Positions 26,253-38,602 of a DNA stretch of 64,000 bases are shown here, one piece after another. Every line of letters begins with the position of its first letter. The first letter of the stretch is position 1. Source of the stretch: Octopus sinensis. Taxonomy: Eukaryota. A model generated the notes under the pieces. That model was not told the DNA's origin and did not search any database. It was given only the letters and a program-made list of their open reading frames with translations. The position numbers and the translations under genes are program-made. The stretch spans positions 58,280,001 to 58,344,000 of the forward strand of contig NC_043005.1 in assembly GCF_006345805.1 (NCBI RefSeq). The letters run 5' to 3'.

Positions 26253-26682
26253 TAGGCGCAGGAATGGCTGTGTGATAAGTAGCTTGCTTACCAGCCACAT
26301 GGTTCCAGGTTCATTCCCACTGCGCGGCACCTTGGGCAAGTGTCTCTTACTATAGCCTCGGGCCAACCAAAGCCTTGTGAGTGGATTTGGTAGACGGAAA
26401 CTGAAAGAAGCCCGTTGTATATATATGTGTGTGTGCGTGTGTGTGTGTGTGTGTATGTGTGTGTGCAAGTGTGTATATGTTTGTGTGTCTGTGTTTGTCC
26501 CCCCAACATCGCTTGACAACTGATGCTGGTGTGTTTATGTCACCGTAACTTACCGGTTCGGCAAAAGAGACTGATAAAATAAGTACTAGAGGCTTCCAAA
26601 GAATAAGTCCTGGGGTCGATTTGCTCGACTAAAGGTGGTGCTCCAGCATGGCCACAGTCAAATGACTGAAACAAGTAATAGA
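26253..26682 (+). mobile_element. SINE family A copy
   Basis: aggcgcaggaatggctgtgtg head through gaaacaagtaatagag tail. Confidence 0.85.
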
Positions 26683-27147
26683 GGTTAAAGTAATCTAAAT
26701 TACAACCAATTCACCACTAACCCCCTCCAAATCCATTCAGTTGGTCTAATTTCTTTTATGTACAAATACAACACATGTCAGAAGCCACCTCTCTCAACTG
26801 CATGCTCCCTCAATCCTGGGGTCATGTCTTGTGAGCTCATTAATGCTGGTAACATGAAAAAGCAGGCACCCAATATTACTCTGTAAAGTGGTTGCCATTA
26901 AGAAGGACATCTTGTCTTAGACACCACGTTAAACAGACTCTAAGCCTTGTGCCGTCCTCTGATCTGTTGAATCTTGTCAAACTGTCCATGCCACCATGGA
27001 TGTAGACACTAAACGACGATGATAATAAGGACAACCAAAAACAATAAAAACATTAAAACAAAACCAATAAAACAAAGCCAATAAAATGGCTAAACCTAAT
27101 GCTTTTGTAATGTTTAATTTTTATAGGAAGTTTGCTGATCTATTCAG

Positions 27148-27537
27148 ACAGGAGTGGCTGTGTGGTAAGTAGCTTGCTAACCAACCACATAGTTCCGGGT
27201 TCAGTCCCACTGCATGGCATCTTGGGCAAGTGTCTTCTGCTATAGCCCCGGGCCGACCAATGCCTTGTAAGTGGATTTGGTAGACGGAAACTGAAAGAAA
27301 CCTGTCGTATATATGCATATATATATATGTGTGTGTTTGTCCCCCTAGCATTGCTTGACAACCGATGCTGGTATGTTTATGTCCCCGTCACTTAGCGGTT
27401 CGGCAAAAAAGGCCGATAGAATAAGTACTGGGCTTACAAAAAGAATAAGTCCCGGGGTCGATTTGCTCGACTAAAGGTAGTGCTCCAGCATGGCCGCCGT
27501 TAAATGACTGAAACAAGTAAAAGAGAGAATAAAAGAG
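27148..27537 (+). mobile_element. SINE family A copy inserted in the PLE remnant
   Basis: Family A motifs; flanks rejoin to match the uninterrupted PLE segment at 28820-28850. Confidence 0.85.
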
Positions 27538-28270
27538 TATTTTAAATGTTCCTCAAAATGTGTATTCTTGTTCTTCATAATCTTCGTTAGGAAAAAAATT
27601 CTTGAAGATGAAGTTTTCTGCAAAATTTCTCAGTATGTTTGATAAGATCTGGTGTGCTGGGTATCAATTTAACTAAACAAAAACGAGACAAAACAAAACA
27701 AAAATAAAATAAAGCTAACCAACCAAACAAATAGCTATAGATAATGCTGTAAATGAAATTAACAGATTTTTCTTCTAAGAATCTTATTATTAGCGTTGCA
27801 AAAGTGGGAGTGACTGTTTTGCCTGTCACCCTACCATTTATTTCAAGGTAATTCTCATTATCAAATAAAAAGTAGTTTTCAAGCATCATTTGTAATCATT
27901 TGTAATAATGAAATGTTTTGAGAATCTTTCCTGAATTAGATGTGGGTATTTGCCTAGTCAAGCTTTCATTGCCTCCAGTCTTAATCCATAAAGGATATTT
28001 ATACAGAGGCTAGTTACAGCAGAGTTAACTAAAATCGTCTGTTTTTTTTTTACTTTTTATGAAATATGATTTGAAAGTCTATTTATGAATTTCTGAAGAT
28101 TTTTGAGTTTTTGATAGTTGCTTGTTTTTACATCAAGATTTTAGTTAGATAATTTAAGTACTTTTTTGTTAAATTTCTTCTTAATTTGTTCATTATTTTT
28201 TCAATTTTTCTCATTGTTTGTTTCCCTGTGTAGGTTTCCATTTTTTTTTTTGAAAAAATCATCGTCTAGA

Positions 28271-28645
28271 CACAGGCCTGACTATGCAGTAAGAAGCTTG
28301 CTTCCCAATCACATGGTTCTGGGTTCAGTCCCAATTTTTCTGCTATAGGTTCAGGCCAACCAAAGCCTTGTGAATGGATTTGGTAGATGGAAATTGAAAG
28401 AAGCCCGTTGTATATATGTACATATCTATGTGGGTGCTTGTTTGTATTTGTTCCCCACCACTACTTGACAATTCATGCTGGTGTGTTTACATCCCCATAA
28501 CTTAGCCAGTTTGGTTAAAGAGAGCGATAGAATATGTACTAGGATTAAAAAAAGTCCTTTTGTTGATTTGTTTGACTAAAACCATTCAAGACAGTGCCCC
28601 AGCATGGCCACAGTCAAATGACTGAAACAAGTGAAAGATAAAAGA
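28271..28645 (+). mobile_element. SINE family A copy inserted in the PLE remnant
   Basis: Degenerate family A motifs. Confidence 0.75.
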
Positions 28646-29005
28646 TTTAACTGATATAAGGTCATTTTCCTGTAATGGATCTAGTTCGTTATTACAATAG
28701 CTCTTCCTTTGTCAGTTTCTTTAATGACTTATAAAGGAATCTTTCTGTAGACATTCCAATGTTTTTTGCTTTGCTTTTGTAATGTTTAATCTTTATAGGA
28801 ATTGCTGTAATGTTTGAGTTTCCTGATCTATTCAAACATGTTAAATGTTCCTCTAAATGTGTATTCCTGTTCTTCATAATTTTCATTTAGAAAAATTCTT
28901 GAAGATGAAGTTTTCTGCAAAATTTCTCAGTATATTTGATAAGAAATGCTGTGATGGGTATCAATTTAAGTTCGTACTGTCAAAACTTATTCCATTTATC
29001 ATAAG

Positions 29006-29400
29006 ACTAGCAGTATCACCTGGCATTGCTCGGGTTTGTTTCAACTCTTTAGAATTGGAATTTTTGAAAAGTAAAAATTTTGCATTATGTAGCTTGTTAT
29101 TCTCTTTAAGTAAACATTTTTCTGGTTGAAATACACTGAAAAATGGCGACACAGCAGTAAAAAAAATCGTAAAAAATAGGGACTTTCATAGAAAAAAAAA
29201 AGCACCTTTTTGGTGTAAATAATTTTTGGTGTTAACATGGTCTGATTTGAATTTTATCTTCCACAGAGTGAAGAGCAAGCCTTCTTCTATCATACTCTCA
29301 ATTTTGGTCAACTTGCTCGCAGGGTCTCGGAGGAGATAGTGTTAGTTGAAGGCTACCAAACCTACCACACTCAGACAATTTCAGCTTTATATATATAGAT
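29006..29400 (+). mobile_element. Non-autonomous Helitron-type element inserted in the PLE ORF
   Basis: actagcagtatcacctggcattgctcggg ... gctttatatatatagat. Removing it restores the PLE frame TNLSH*TYDKWNKF*QYELKLIP; no TSD seen. Confidence 0.6.
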
Positions 29401-29865
29401 TTCAGTGGGATAAATTTGTTACTTTTGGCTCTCATATTTCCTTGAATCTTTGAATTTTTGTATCATTAATATTTTCCATCAGTTTCATTGGAAATCCTGC
29501 TTCTTAAAGGAAAATATTTTGCTTTGTGTGGAATGCCATTCTATCCTACCTGTTGTAGTGTTCCACTTTTTTGGAGAGTGGGCTTCCAGTGTGTTTATGT
29601 CAAGTATTATTGTTATACAATCTTTCTTAGTCTGCTGGTTTGTTTCGAGTAGATTTATACCATTTCTGTAGTTTGACAGTCTATTTTGGCCTGTTCTTCT
29701 ATTGTTATTGTTTGTAAACGTATTGTGGTAGATCAGTTTGTTTTGGTATGAATTATTGAATTTCTGTCCATTTTTGATTGCGTTTGCATTTGAGAGGATA
29801 TGGATTGTCATTCTTCGACTTTTTTTTTTGTTTTTTTATCTGATTTGTAAACTCTTACAGACTCT

Positions 29866-29899
<34 letters not shown>

Positions 29900-30497
29900 T
29901 AGAAAGAGAGTATACTATACATGCATGTACACAAACATATACATACACATGGAGACACATACATCATCTTATTTACTTACTGAAACTGAAATATATTTAT
30001 AAACTAACTCTTCTGGAAACATTGAAATATTTCCACACATTTTCTCAGGAATTTGGGTTTTTTTTTGTAATATTGTATTATATTATATTATATTATATAT
30101 ATTATATTATATTATATTATATTGTATTGTATTGTATTGTATTATATTACATTATACTATATTCTCCTACTTTCAAACATGTATTATTCAGAAGTTCAGA
30201 AATGTGTAAAAATAAACAAATCAAATAAATAAATAGAATAAAGCACAAGAGTAAGAAAAAAAAGTTTTTATTTACACATCTTCAATGTTTTCTGTTTCAT
30301 ATTATTTAAAGGAAAAAGAAATTAAGAAACGAATAAATGTAAGAGAAAAGAATAGAAAAAGGAATAGAAAAAAATATATATATATTGCAGAGTATTAAAT
30401 GTGATATGTCACTATTTTACTAAAATGGAGTAAAAGGTTACCTAAGCTGTTTAAGTTATTTATTTTCAAAACCAGACAACAACAGCATCATCACCAG

Positions 30498-30532
<35 letters not shown>

Positions 30533-30623
30533 ACAATAATAATGGTGGTTGTGGGGATAATGATGATGATGATGATGATAGTGATGATCACAAAATGATA
30601 ACCTTGATAAAGATAATGACAAA

Positions 30624-30655
<32 letters not shown>

Positions 30656-30656
30656 C

Positions 30657-30711
<55 letters not shown>

Positions 30712-31312
30712 GTAGTAGTTTTATCATTATTATTATTGTTATTCCAGTGTAAAGAAAAATGCAAAAAATGGTTATTAAAAGTATTCTCATACTTCATATA
30801 TATATATATTCTGTTTTGTTTTATTATGTATGGCTTAAGAAAATCTCTTATCAACTCTTGGTTAGTCTTTATAAAAATCACCGATTTCTTGGTAAGATTC
30901 ACGCAGAGAAAGAAAGGAAAACTAGAGAGTTCTTTTTTCCCCATTTCTTCTGATATGTAAATGTTTTTTTTTTTAATTAATGAAAATATTTGTTTTTAAA
31001 ATTCTGTTATGTTAATCTGAAAGAAAAAGAAATGAAAAATAATAATGCATACAAAAAACAAAAAATGTATGCCACACACTCTTTCCAAGAAATTCAACTC
31101 CATTAACTACTATGACTACTACTACTATTACTACTACTACTAACACTGCTAAAAGACTAATCAGTGTGTCCTGTCATGCAAAAACATTTCTGAAAAACAA
31201 ATGGAAATAATTTCAGTGTTTTTTGTTGTTGTTTTGTTTTTGGTTTCCTTTGTTGTGTGGAAGGAATTTTTACTTCTGGTAATAAAAATTATTGCATACT
31301 ATAAAGATGCTT

Positions 31313-31623
31313 GTGGACGTACATGGCCTAGTGATTAGAGCAGCGGACTTGCGGCCAAGGGATCGTGGGTTCAAATCCCAGACAGGACAATGTGTGTGTT
31401 TATGAGCAAGACACCTAAAAGCCTTTGCGGCTCCAGCAGAAAGTAATGGCTAACTTCTGCTGACTCTTTCATCACATCTTTCACTCTTTCTTCCTGCATC
31501 TAGCAGCTCACCTGAAAAAAACTGGTGTCCCCGCCAGGTGAAGAACCTATACGCCAACAAAACCAGGAAACCGGCCCTTATGAGCCAGGCATGGCTTGAG
31601 AAGGAACAAACAACAACAACAAC
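31313..31623 (+). mobile_element. SINE family D copy with 12-bp TSD and (CAA)n tail
   Basis: TSD ataaagatgctt at 31301-31312 and 31624-31635. Confidence 0.85.
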
Positions 31624-32145
31624 ATAAAGATGCTTATTAAATGATACCACATGAAAAGCATCTGTACCAGCACCATGTAAAGAGCATCTCTGCTGGTGCC
31701 ACTTAGAAAGCACCCCAAATACTCTCTGTAAAGTAATTGACATTAGGAAGGGCATCAGCTATAGAAACCATGCCAAAACAAATAACTGGAGCCTGGTGTA
31801 GCCCTCCAGACTGTCCCAACTCATGCCAGCATCGAAAACAGTTGTTAAATGATGGTTTCCTTTTTTGTGGAAAGAATCTTTACTTCTTGTTATAAAAGCG
31901 ATTGCATGTGATGAAGATGTTTATTACATGACACTACATGAAAACAACTTGTAGTGGCATCATGTAAAGAGCACCCGTGCTGGTGCTGTTTAGAAATCAC
32001 TCCCAGTACACTTGGTAAAATGGTTGGCATTAGGAAGCGCATCCTGCTGTAGAAACGTTACCAAAACAGACGAAAGGAGCCTGGTGCAACCCTCTGGCTT
32101 TTCAGCTCCCGTCAGACTGTCCAACCCATGCCAGCATGGAAAATG

Positions 32146-32333
32146 GATGGTTTCCTTGTTATAAAGATGATTGCATGGTTAAATGATGGTTTCCTTGTTA
32201 TAAAGATGATTGCATGGTTAAATGATGGTTTCCTTGTTATAAAGATGATTGCATGGTTAAATGATGGTTTCCTTGTTATAAAGATGGTTGCATGGTTAAA
32301 TGATGGTTTCTTTGTTATAAAGATGATTGCATG
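32146..32333 (+). repeat. 39-bp tandem repeat, about 5 copies
   Basis: Unit gatggtttccttgttataaagatgattgcatggttaaat starts at 32146, 32185, 32224, 32263, 32302. Confidence 0.95.
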
Positions 32334-32669
32334 TGATAAAGATGTTTATTACACTGTGACACATAAAAAAGCATCCATACCAGTACCATATAAAGAGCAT
32401 CCATGCCAACACCCTTAAAAAGCCCCCTGTACACTCTGTAAAGTGGTTGGCATTATGAAGGGCATCCAGCTGAAGAAACCATGCCAAAACAGATGGCTGG
32501 AGACTGGTGTAGCCCTTGAGCTTGCTAGCTCTTGTCAAACTGTCCAACACATGCTAGCATAGAAAAACAGACATTAAATGATGATGATGATAATGATAAC
32601 GACAACATTTGTTATGTTGCCTCTGTGTGTGCTAATGATACATACTTACCCCAACATAGTTGGTGTTGC

Positions 32670-32800
32670 CCTTCTTCTTCTTCTTCTTCTTCTTCTTCTT
32701 CTCTTCTTCTTCTTCTTCTTCTTCTTCTTCTTCTTCTTCTTCTTCTCCTCCTCCTCCTCCTCCTCCTTCTTCTTCTTCTTCTTCTTCTTCTTCTTCCAAT
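32670..32800. repeat. (CTT)n/(CCT)n microsatellite
   Basis: Directly visible; source of the poly-R/E, poly-L and poly-F ORFs. Confidence 0.95.
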
Positions 32801-33469
32801 CATGCCATTAGCCACAAAGAATAATCTCTAATTCGAGCCTACTCTAAGCTACTAAGAATGCATGTAGCAACTTGAAGATCCACCCACCACATGCAATAGA
32901 CTGGCAGTTACACAGGCGCGAAAGCTACGTTGTTATCCTCATTCCGTAAATGGTGGCTTTTAATGGGTGGAGAGCTGAACCATCCTGGGGTACAGAGGAT
33001 CCACAATCTAGACTAGGGTCTGAAAGTTTACCATACTATAGCGGGTTACACCAGGATTCCTCTGCTTTGTGGCAGAAGTAGGAAGAAAGAGTGAGAGAAA
33101 GTTATGGTGAAAGAGTACAGTGGGGTTCACCACCACCATCCGCCGGAGCATCGTGGAGCTTAGGTGTTTTTTGCTCAATAAACACTCACAATGTCCAATC
33201 TTGGAATCGAAACCGCATTCTTAAAACCGTGAGTCCACTGCCCTAACCACTGGGCCATTGTGCCTCCACTCTTGTTGTTGTTGTTGCTGTTATGTGTCGC
33301 ATTGTAGTTGTGTGCACTGTTGTTTGTTTTTGACATCTTTACCAATATTAAAATAAATGACAGGTTAAGAAACGTGTACTGCAAAACATAATTTATTGGA
33401 TGTCTTCTACTCCAGGGTAAACTATTGTATTTCATCTGGAAGAGGCTAGTTCAATTATTAAAACATAAC

Positions 33470-34138
33470 CGCTGTCATCATCATCATCGTCATCGCCATC
33501 ATTATCATCGTCATCGCCATCATTATCATCGTCATCGCCATCATTGTTATCACAATCACCACTACCCCTACCACTACCACCACCAACACCACCAACACCA
33601 TCCCCCCCACCACTACAACCACCACTACAACCACCACCACCACCACCACCATCACTACTACTACCACCACCACCACCAGCATTGTTATTATTGTCATCAG
33701 TGTCCCCTTCGTCGTTGGCATCATCATCATCATCATGTGATTGTGCTACTGTCAGCATGAACATCGTCATTGCCTTCTCGTTCTCACTCGTCATATTCTA
33801 ATTGCCATCATTGTCATATTCTCACTATCACTTTTTCCATAATTGCCATTATTACCCTCCTCCCCCTCCTCCTCCTCATTGTCATCGTCGTTGTCATTGT
33901 TGTCGTCGTCATCATCATTGTTGTTAACTATGTCAACATCCTCATCTTCACCATTAGCATGGTCTTCATTATTAACCACCACCACCACCATCTTGTCTCA
34001 TCAGTGTTCTGATTATTGTGATCAATTGTAATATTTTCTTAATGGTAATGATGATGATGATGATGATGATGAATAGGAGGATAAATCAACAGTAGTAGTG
34101 ATATCCTCCTCCTCATCATCATCATGATTAATATTATT

Positions 34139-34176
<38 letters not shown>

Positions 34177-34190
34177 TATTATTACTTAAA
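33470..34190. repeat. Degenerate (CAT)/(CAC)/(GAT) trinucleotide field
   Basis: Directly visible; source of the poly-H, poly-G/D and poly-P ORFs. Confidence 0.9.
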
Positions 34191-34339
34191 AAAGTGTTTT
34201 TCTCAAACAAAATTCTGTATTTCTTTTGGATATATTTTTTCTTATGTTCTTCCATCCTTGAATATCAAAGAGAAGACAATGCCTGGAACTTAGTGTTTAG
34301 TAATTAATACCAACAGTGCAACATTATAACAAACCCAGT

Positions 34340-34600
34340 AAGGCAGCAAGGTGCCAGAATTGTTAGAGCATCAGAGAAAATGTTGGGGTGTTTTGGCCAC
34401 ATGGAGAGGATGGATGAGGAAGCGGATGGTAAGGAGGGTGATGAAGGCAGAAGTGGTAGGCAGCAGAAACAAAGGCAGACCTCGGTTTGTGTGGATGGCT
34501 GGATGGAGTGATGGAAGCTTTGGTGGTTAGAAGTATTGGAGTGAGTGAGAGAAAAGAGTTTATAAATGATAGGAAAGCTTGGAGAGTGTCTGTGGATGGG
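34340..34600 (+). pseudogene. RTE-type LINE RT C-terminal fragment
   Basis: MLGCFGHMERMDEE..VRRVMKAEVVGSRNKGRPRFVW..DRKAWR, the typical RTE LRWFGH...GRPR..W tail. Confidence 0.7.
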
Positions 34601-36476
34601 TGAGTGAATTTGATGATGCTCAAATGGGTACAGAACCAGCATGATGTGGTGGGGGTAAACCAGCATATGCTGTTGGGCCCCGCTGCTGATATTGGCGGGG
34701 CGGTTTGCATTCTATGCCTTGACCCTAGCATAGAATGGGGCTTGCCTCTTTGAGCTGGAAAATGGATGGAATGTCTGGTGTGTGTCTTTTTGTGGCTACC
34801 CTCTCCGGGTATATATAAAAAAAAAAACTTTATGTTCTGAGTTCAAATTCTACTGAGGTTAACTTTACCTTTCATTCTATCAGGGTCGATGAAATAAAGT
34901 ACCAGTCATACATTGGAGTTAATGCTATCAATTAATTTCCTACCCTTGAGACTGCTGGCCTTGTACCTAAATTAGAAGCTATTATAATTATTACGGAATT
35001 TGTTATTTTTTTTAAAGACATACTATTGACAGTTAAAACAGTATTAGATTTAAATTGCCATCTGAATATCTTACTAAATGTATACATGCCATTAAAATGT
35101 GTATTGACTGCACTGCATTGACAACCTCAACAAAGGTGAAAGGTGCTGGTTATCATCATGAGTTACTGCAGTGATGATGTTTTTCTCACTTGGATATTTA
35201 TTGTATTTTAATACAGGTCTTTGAAAAGATTTCATCTCAAACAATTTCACAGTGTTATGTCTTCTAGTGGTTTGTATACTTTTAGTGTGATATGCTGATG
35301 ACAATTTTAATATTTTTCATTTTTTATTTTTCTTATTTTCTTTTTCTCTTGTTTCACGCTTTCTTCTTCCTTTGTTTTTGTTTTTGGAAAAGCCATTATT
35401 ATCCAAAAGTGAACAACAGATTGGCAGGATCATTAGAATATCAGTGCAAATTTTCTTACAGTTATGTTCTAGCTCTCTATGTTCAGAATTCAAATACTAC
35501 CAAGATCAACTTGGCCTTTTGTTCTCTTGGGATAAAGGACTAGTCATGTACTGGGTTTGATACAATAGACAAACTTCCCTCCTGTATGATAAATAGTTAC
35601 ACACACACACACACACACACATCATCATTATAATTATCATCATCAATACTATCAACCAATAATTAATGACATAGAATTCAAAATGTCAAAGTTGACCATG
35701 GTGGAATTTGAACTCAGAACATAAAGACAGATGAAAAGTCGCTAAGCATTTTGCCTGGCATGTTAACAATTCTACCAGTTTGCTGTCTCAGAAGAGCAAT
35801 GTTATTGACAGGCACTGTAACATGAACCCAAATAAAAGTATTACTGTATATAGTTTTGCTCCTCGTGGTTCTGGTTTCAAATCCTGTCAGGTTTCAATTT
35901 TAACTTCCATTTCTTTCATGTTTCTTGGTCTCAAGTTTAAGCCCTGCTAAGGTGTAATCTTTGCCTTTGTTCTTTATTCTTTTATTCTTTTATTGGTTTC
36001 AGTCATTGGACTATGGTCATACTGGACCTCTGCTTTGTAGGTACAGGATGTAATTTATTTCACCAATGCCTGGCAACTGGGTCCTTCCTTCAGCTCATTT
36101 TTAGTGTAGTGTTCAAATTCTGCTTGGATTGGATGTTTACCTTATATTTCATTTGGAACTGATTAACATGGTTCCAGGTTTATAAACATTCAGCTACAAG
36201 GAAACAAGGGAACTTGGCCATGGTCATTTGACCTGCTAGAATAATGCCCGAAACTCCCGTATCATGTACTTTCTTTCAAAAAGGAAGAAATTCTTAAATA
36301 ATGTGTTCCTAGTTGCACTGATATGTCTGAAAAATTATGCAAGACAGAATAGCCATGTCAGTACTTTTGATCATAGGTCTGACTGTTATAATTAGCAGCC
36401 AAATCTCCCTCAATGGACACACTGGGATCATAGAAAAGATATTGTGACTGACTTGGTGCTAAGAACTCCCATCCCC

Positions 36477-36567
<91 letters not shown>

Positions 36568-36722
36568 ACTACTGCTGCTACTTTATAAGAGGAAATACAT
36601 AAGGTTGACTTGAGTGTAAAGAAATGTATTTGTATATGCACAATGGTATAGCATACCACGGGGTATTTTTGTTCAATGCACCAATTTTTTGTCCCCCTCC
36701 TATTTGTTTATACTTACATATA

Positions 36723-37198
36723 TGAGGTGGTATCAAAATGTTGCTGGACTAGTTCTGTAGTGCACCAACAGATGGCAGCACATGGTTGTGTGCACAGTGA
36801 GAGCTAGCAGTGACCTTCATGAGGCTGTGTGCCGAGTGACATTGCTGTGAAATTTGACTTTTGTCATGGACAGGAACAAAAAGTCAGTGAAATTTTGCCT
36901 TAAACTTGGGAAGTCTGCTACAGAGACATTGGGCATGTTTTGTCAAGCTTATGGAGATGATATTAAAATTTAGGTAAATAAGTTATTTTATATTCAACAT
37001 TAATAGGCGCAGAAGTGGCTGTGATAGGCGCAGGAGTGGCTGTGTGGTAAGTAGCTTGCTTACCAACCACATGGTTCCGGGTTCAGTCCCACTGCGTGGC
37101 ACCTTGGGCAAGTGGTCTTCTACTATAGCCTCGGGCCGACCAAAGCCTTGTGAGTGGATTTGGTAGACGGAAACTGGAAGAAGCCCATCGTATATATG

Positions 37199-37233
<35 letters not shown>

Positions 37234-37472
37234 CTGTTTGTCCTCCTAGCATTGCTCGACAACCGATGCTGGTGTGTTTATGTCCCCGTCACTTAGCGGT
37301 TTGGCAAAAGAGACTGATAGAATAAGTACTGGGCTTACAAGGAATAAGTCCTGGGGTCGAGTTGCTTGATTAAAGGTGGTGCTCCAGCATGGCCGCGGTC
37401 AAATGACTGAAACAAGTAAAAGAGAAAAGAGAGAAAAAGAGACTAGTCTTGGAACTTTTTGATACCACCTCA
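36723..37472 (+). mobile_element. Internally deleted mariner (irritans-like) derivative with a SINE A inserted at 37003-37440
   Basis: TIRs tgaggtggtatcaaaatgttgctggactagt / actagtcttggaactttttgataccacctca with TA TSD. N-terminal remnant KFCLKLGKSATETLGMFCQAYG. Same family as 53685-54838. Confidence 0.85.
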
Positions 37473-38063
37473 TACACACACACACACACATGTATATATG
37501 TATGTATGTATATATGTATGTATGCATGTATGAATCTATCTATCTTTCTGTTTATTTACCTATCTATCTAAAACTAAACGTATACTTGATTTGATTTGAT
37601 CTGAGACTGTGTTGAAGTTAAAACAGTTACAGTGTGGGAGACACAGCAGTGAAAATTGTTCACTTTACTCTCGGAGGGCAATCATGTCATTGACCAAGTC
37701 ACGGTTGACTCAGTGAAAATTTTGACACCAAATAAATATTTAAGTGAAGCAAACAGTCTTTGTATGTTTTCAATGGCTACTAAGTATCCTCGACTCTAAT
37801 GTTTTACAGTATATATAGATAAATACTTACATACATACATACATATATATATATGTGTGTGTGTGTGTGTGTATATATATGCATGTATGTATGTATATAT
37901 ATACATACATACATATATACATACATATATGTAAATGTATGTATATATATGTATATATATATACACATATATATCATTGTGACTGTTCATTTTTAGTAGG
38001 CAGCATGCACTGTCACATCAATCAATTACTGATCTCGGTCTTTCAGTAGCGATGAAATATATG

Positions 38064-38095
<32 letters not shown>

Positions 38096-38112
38096 TGTAT
38101 GTATGTATGTAT

Positions 38113-38192
<80 letters not shown>

Positions 38193-38560
38193 GTATATAT
38201 GAATATAAAAAAAAAGACCCCTTTCAGTCATGAATGACCATAGGATTGCACCAAGAAAGTTCCCTGCTGAAGCAGAAGTTTGAGCAAGATTTTTTTTATG
38301 AAATAGTATCAGTTGCCCATACATCCCAGACTCTCCTCTCCATGCCAGCGATATTATCCATGGGAAAGGCAAAGGCTGATACAGTTGGGCGCCAGTGATG
38401 TTGCAACATTTTTCTATAGCTGAGTGAACTGGAGCAACATGAAATAAAGTGTCTTGCTCAAGAACACAAAACACAGTCTAGTCCAGGAACTGAACTCACT
38501 ATCTCATGACTGTGAGCCTGATGCTCTAAGCACTGAGCCATGTGCCTTCATGCACACACA

Positions 38561-38602
<42 letters not shown>

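Larger units (their letters stand above)
27100..29820 (-). pseudogene. Decayed Penelope-like retroelement (N-terminus and RT) with nested insertions and a partial tandem copy
   Basis: Minus-strand motifs: KVTNLSH..LKLIP, EKFCRKLHLQEFF, VIKETDKGRAIV, NLTKKYLNYLT, LVNSAVTSL, LEAMKA*LGKYPHLIQERFSK, LENYFLFDNENYLEINGRVTGKTVTPTFATLIIRFLEEK (PLE RT). Interrupted by SINEs and a Helitron-type element. Confidence 0.8.

Noticed and set aside
32860-32935. TTGAAGA...GAAA-GC-TA hammerhead look-alike
   Set aside because: No stem II pairing; lies in an ordinary dispersed repeat.
33425-34031. Poly-His, poly-Gly/Asp and poly-Pro ORFs resembling structural proteins
   Set aside because: Trinucleotide repeat field open in many frames on both strands, with no non-repetitive domain or splice support.
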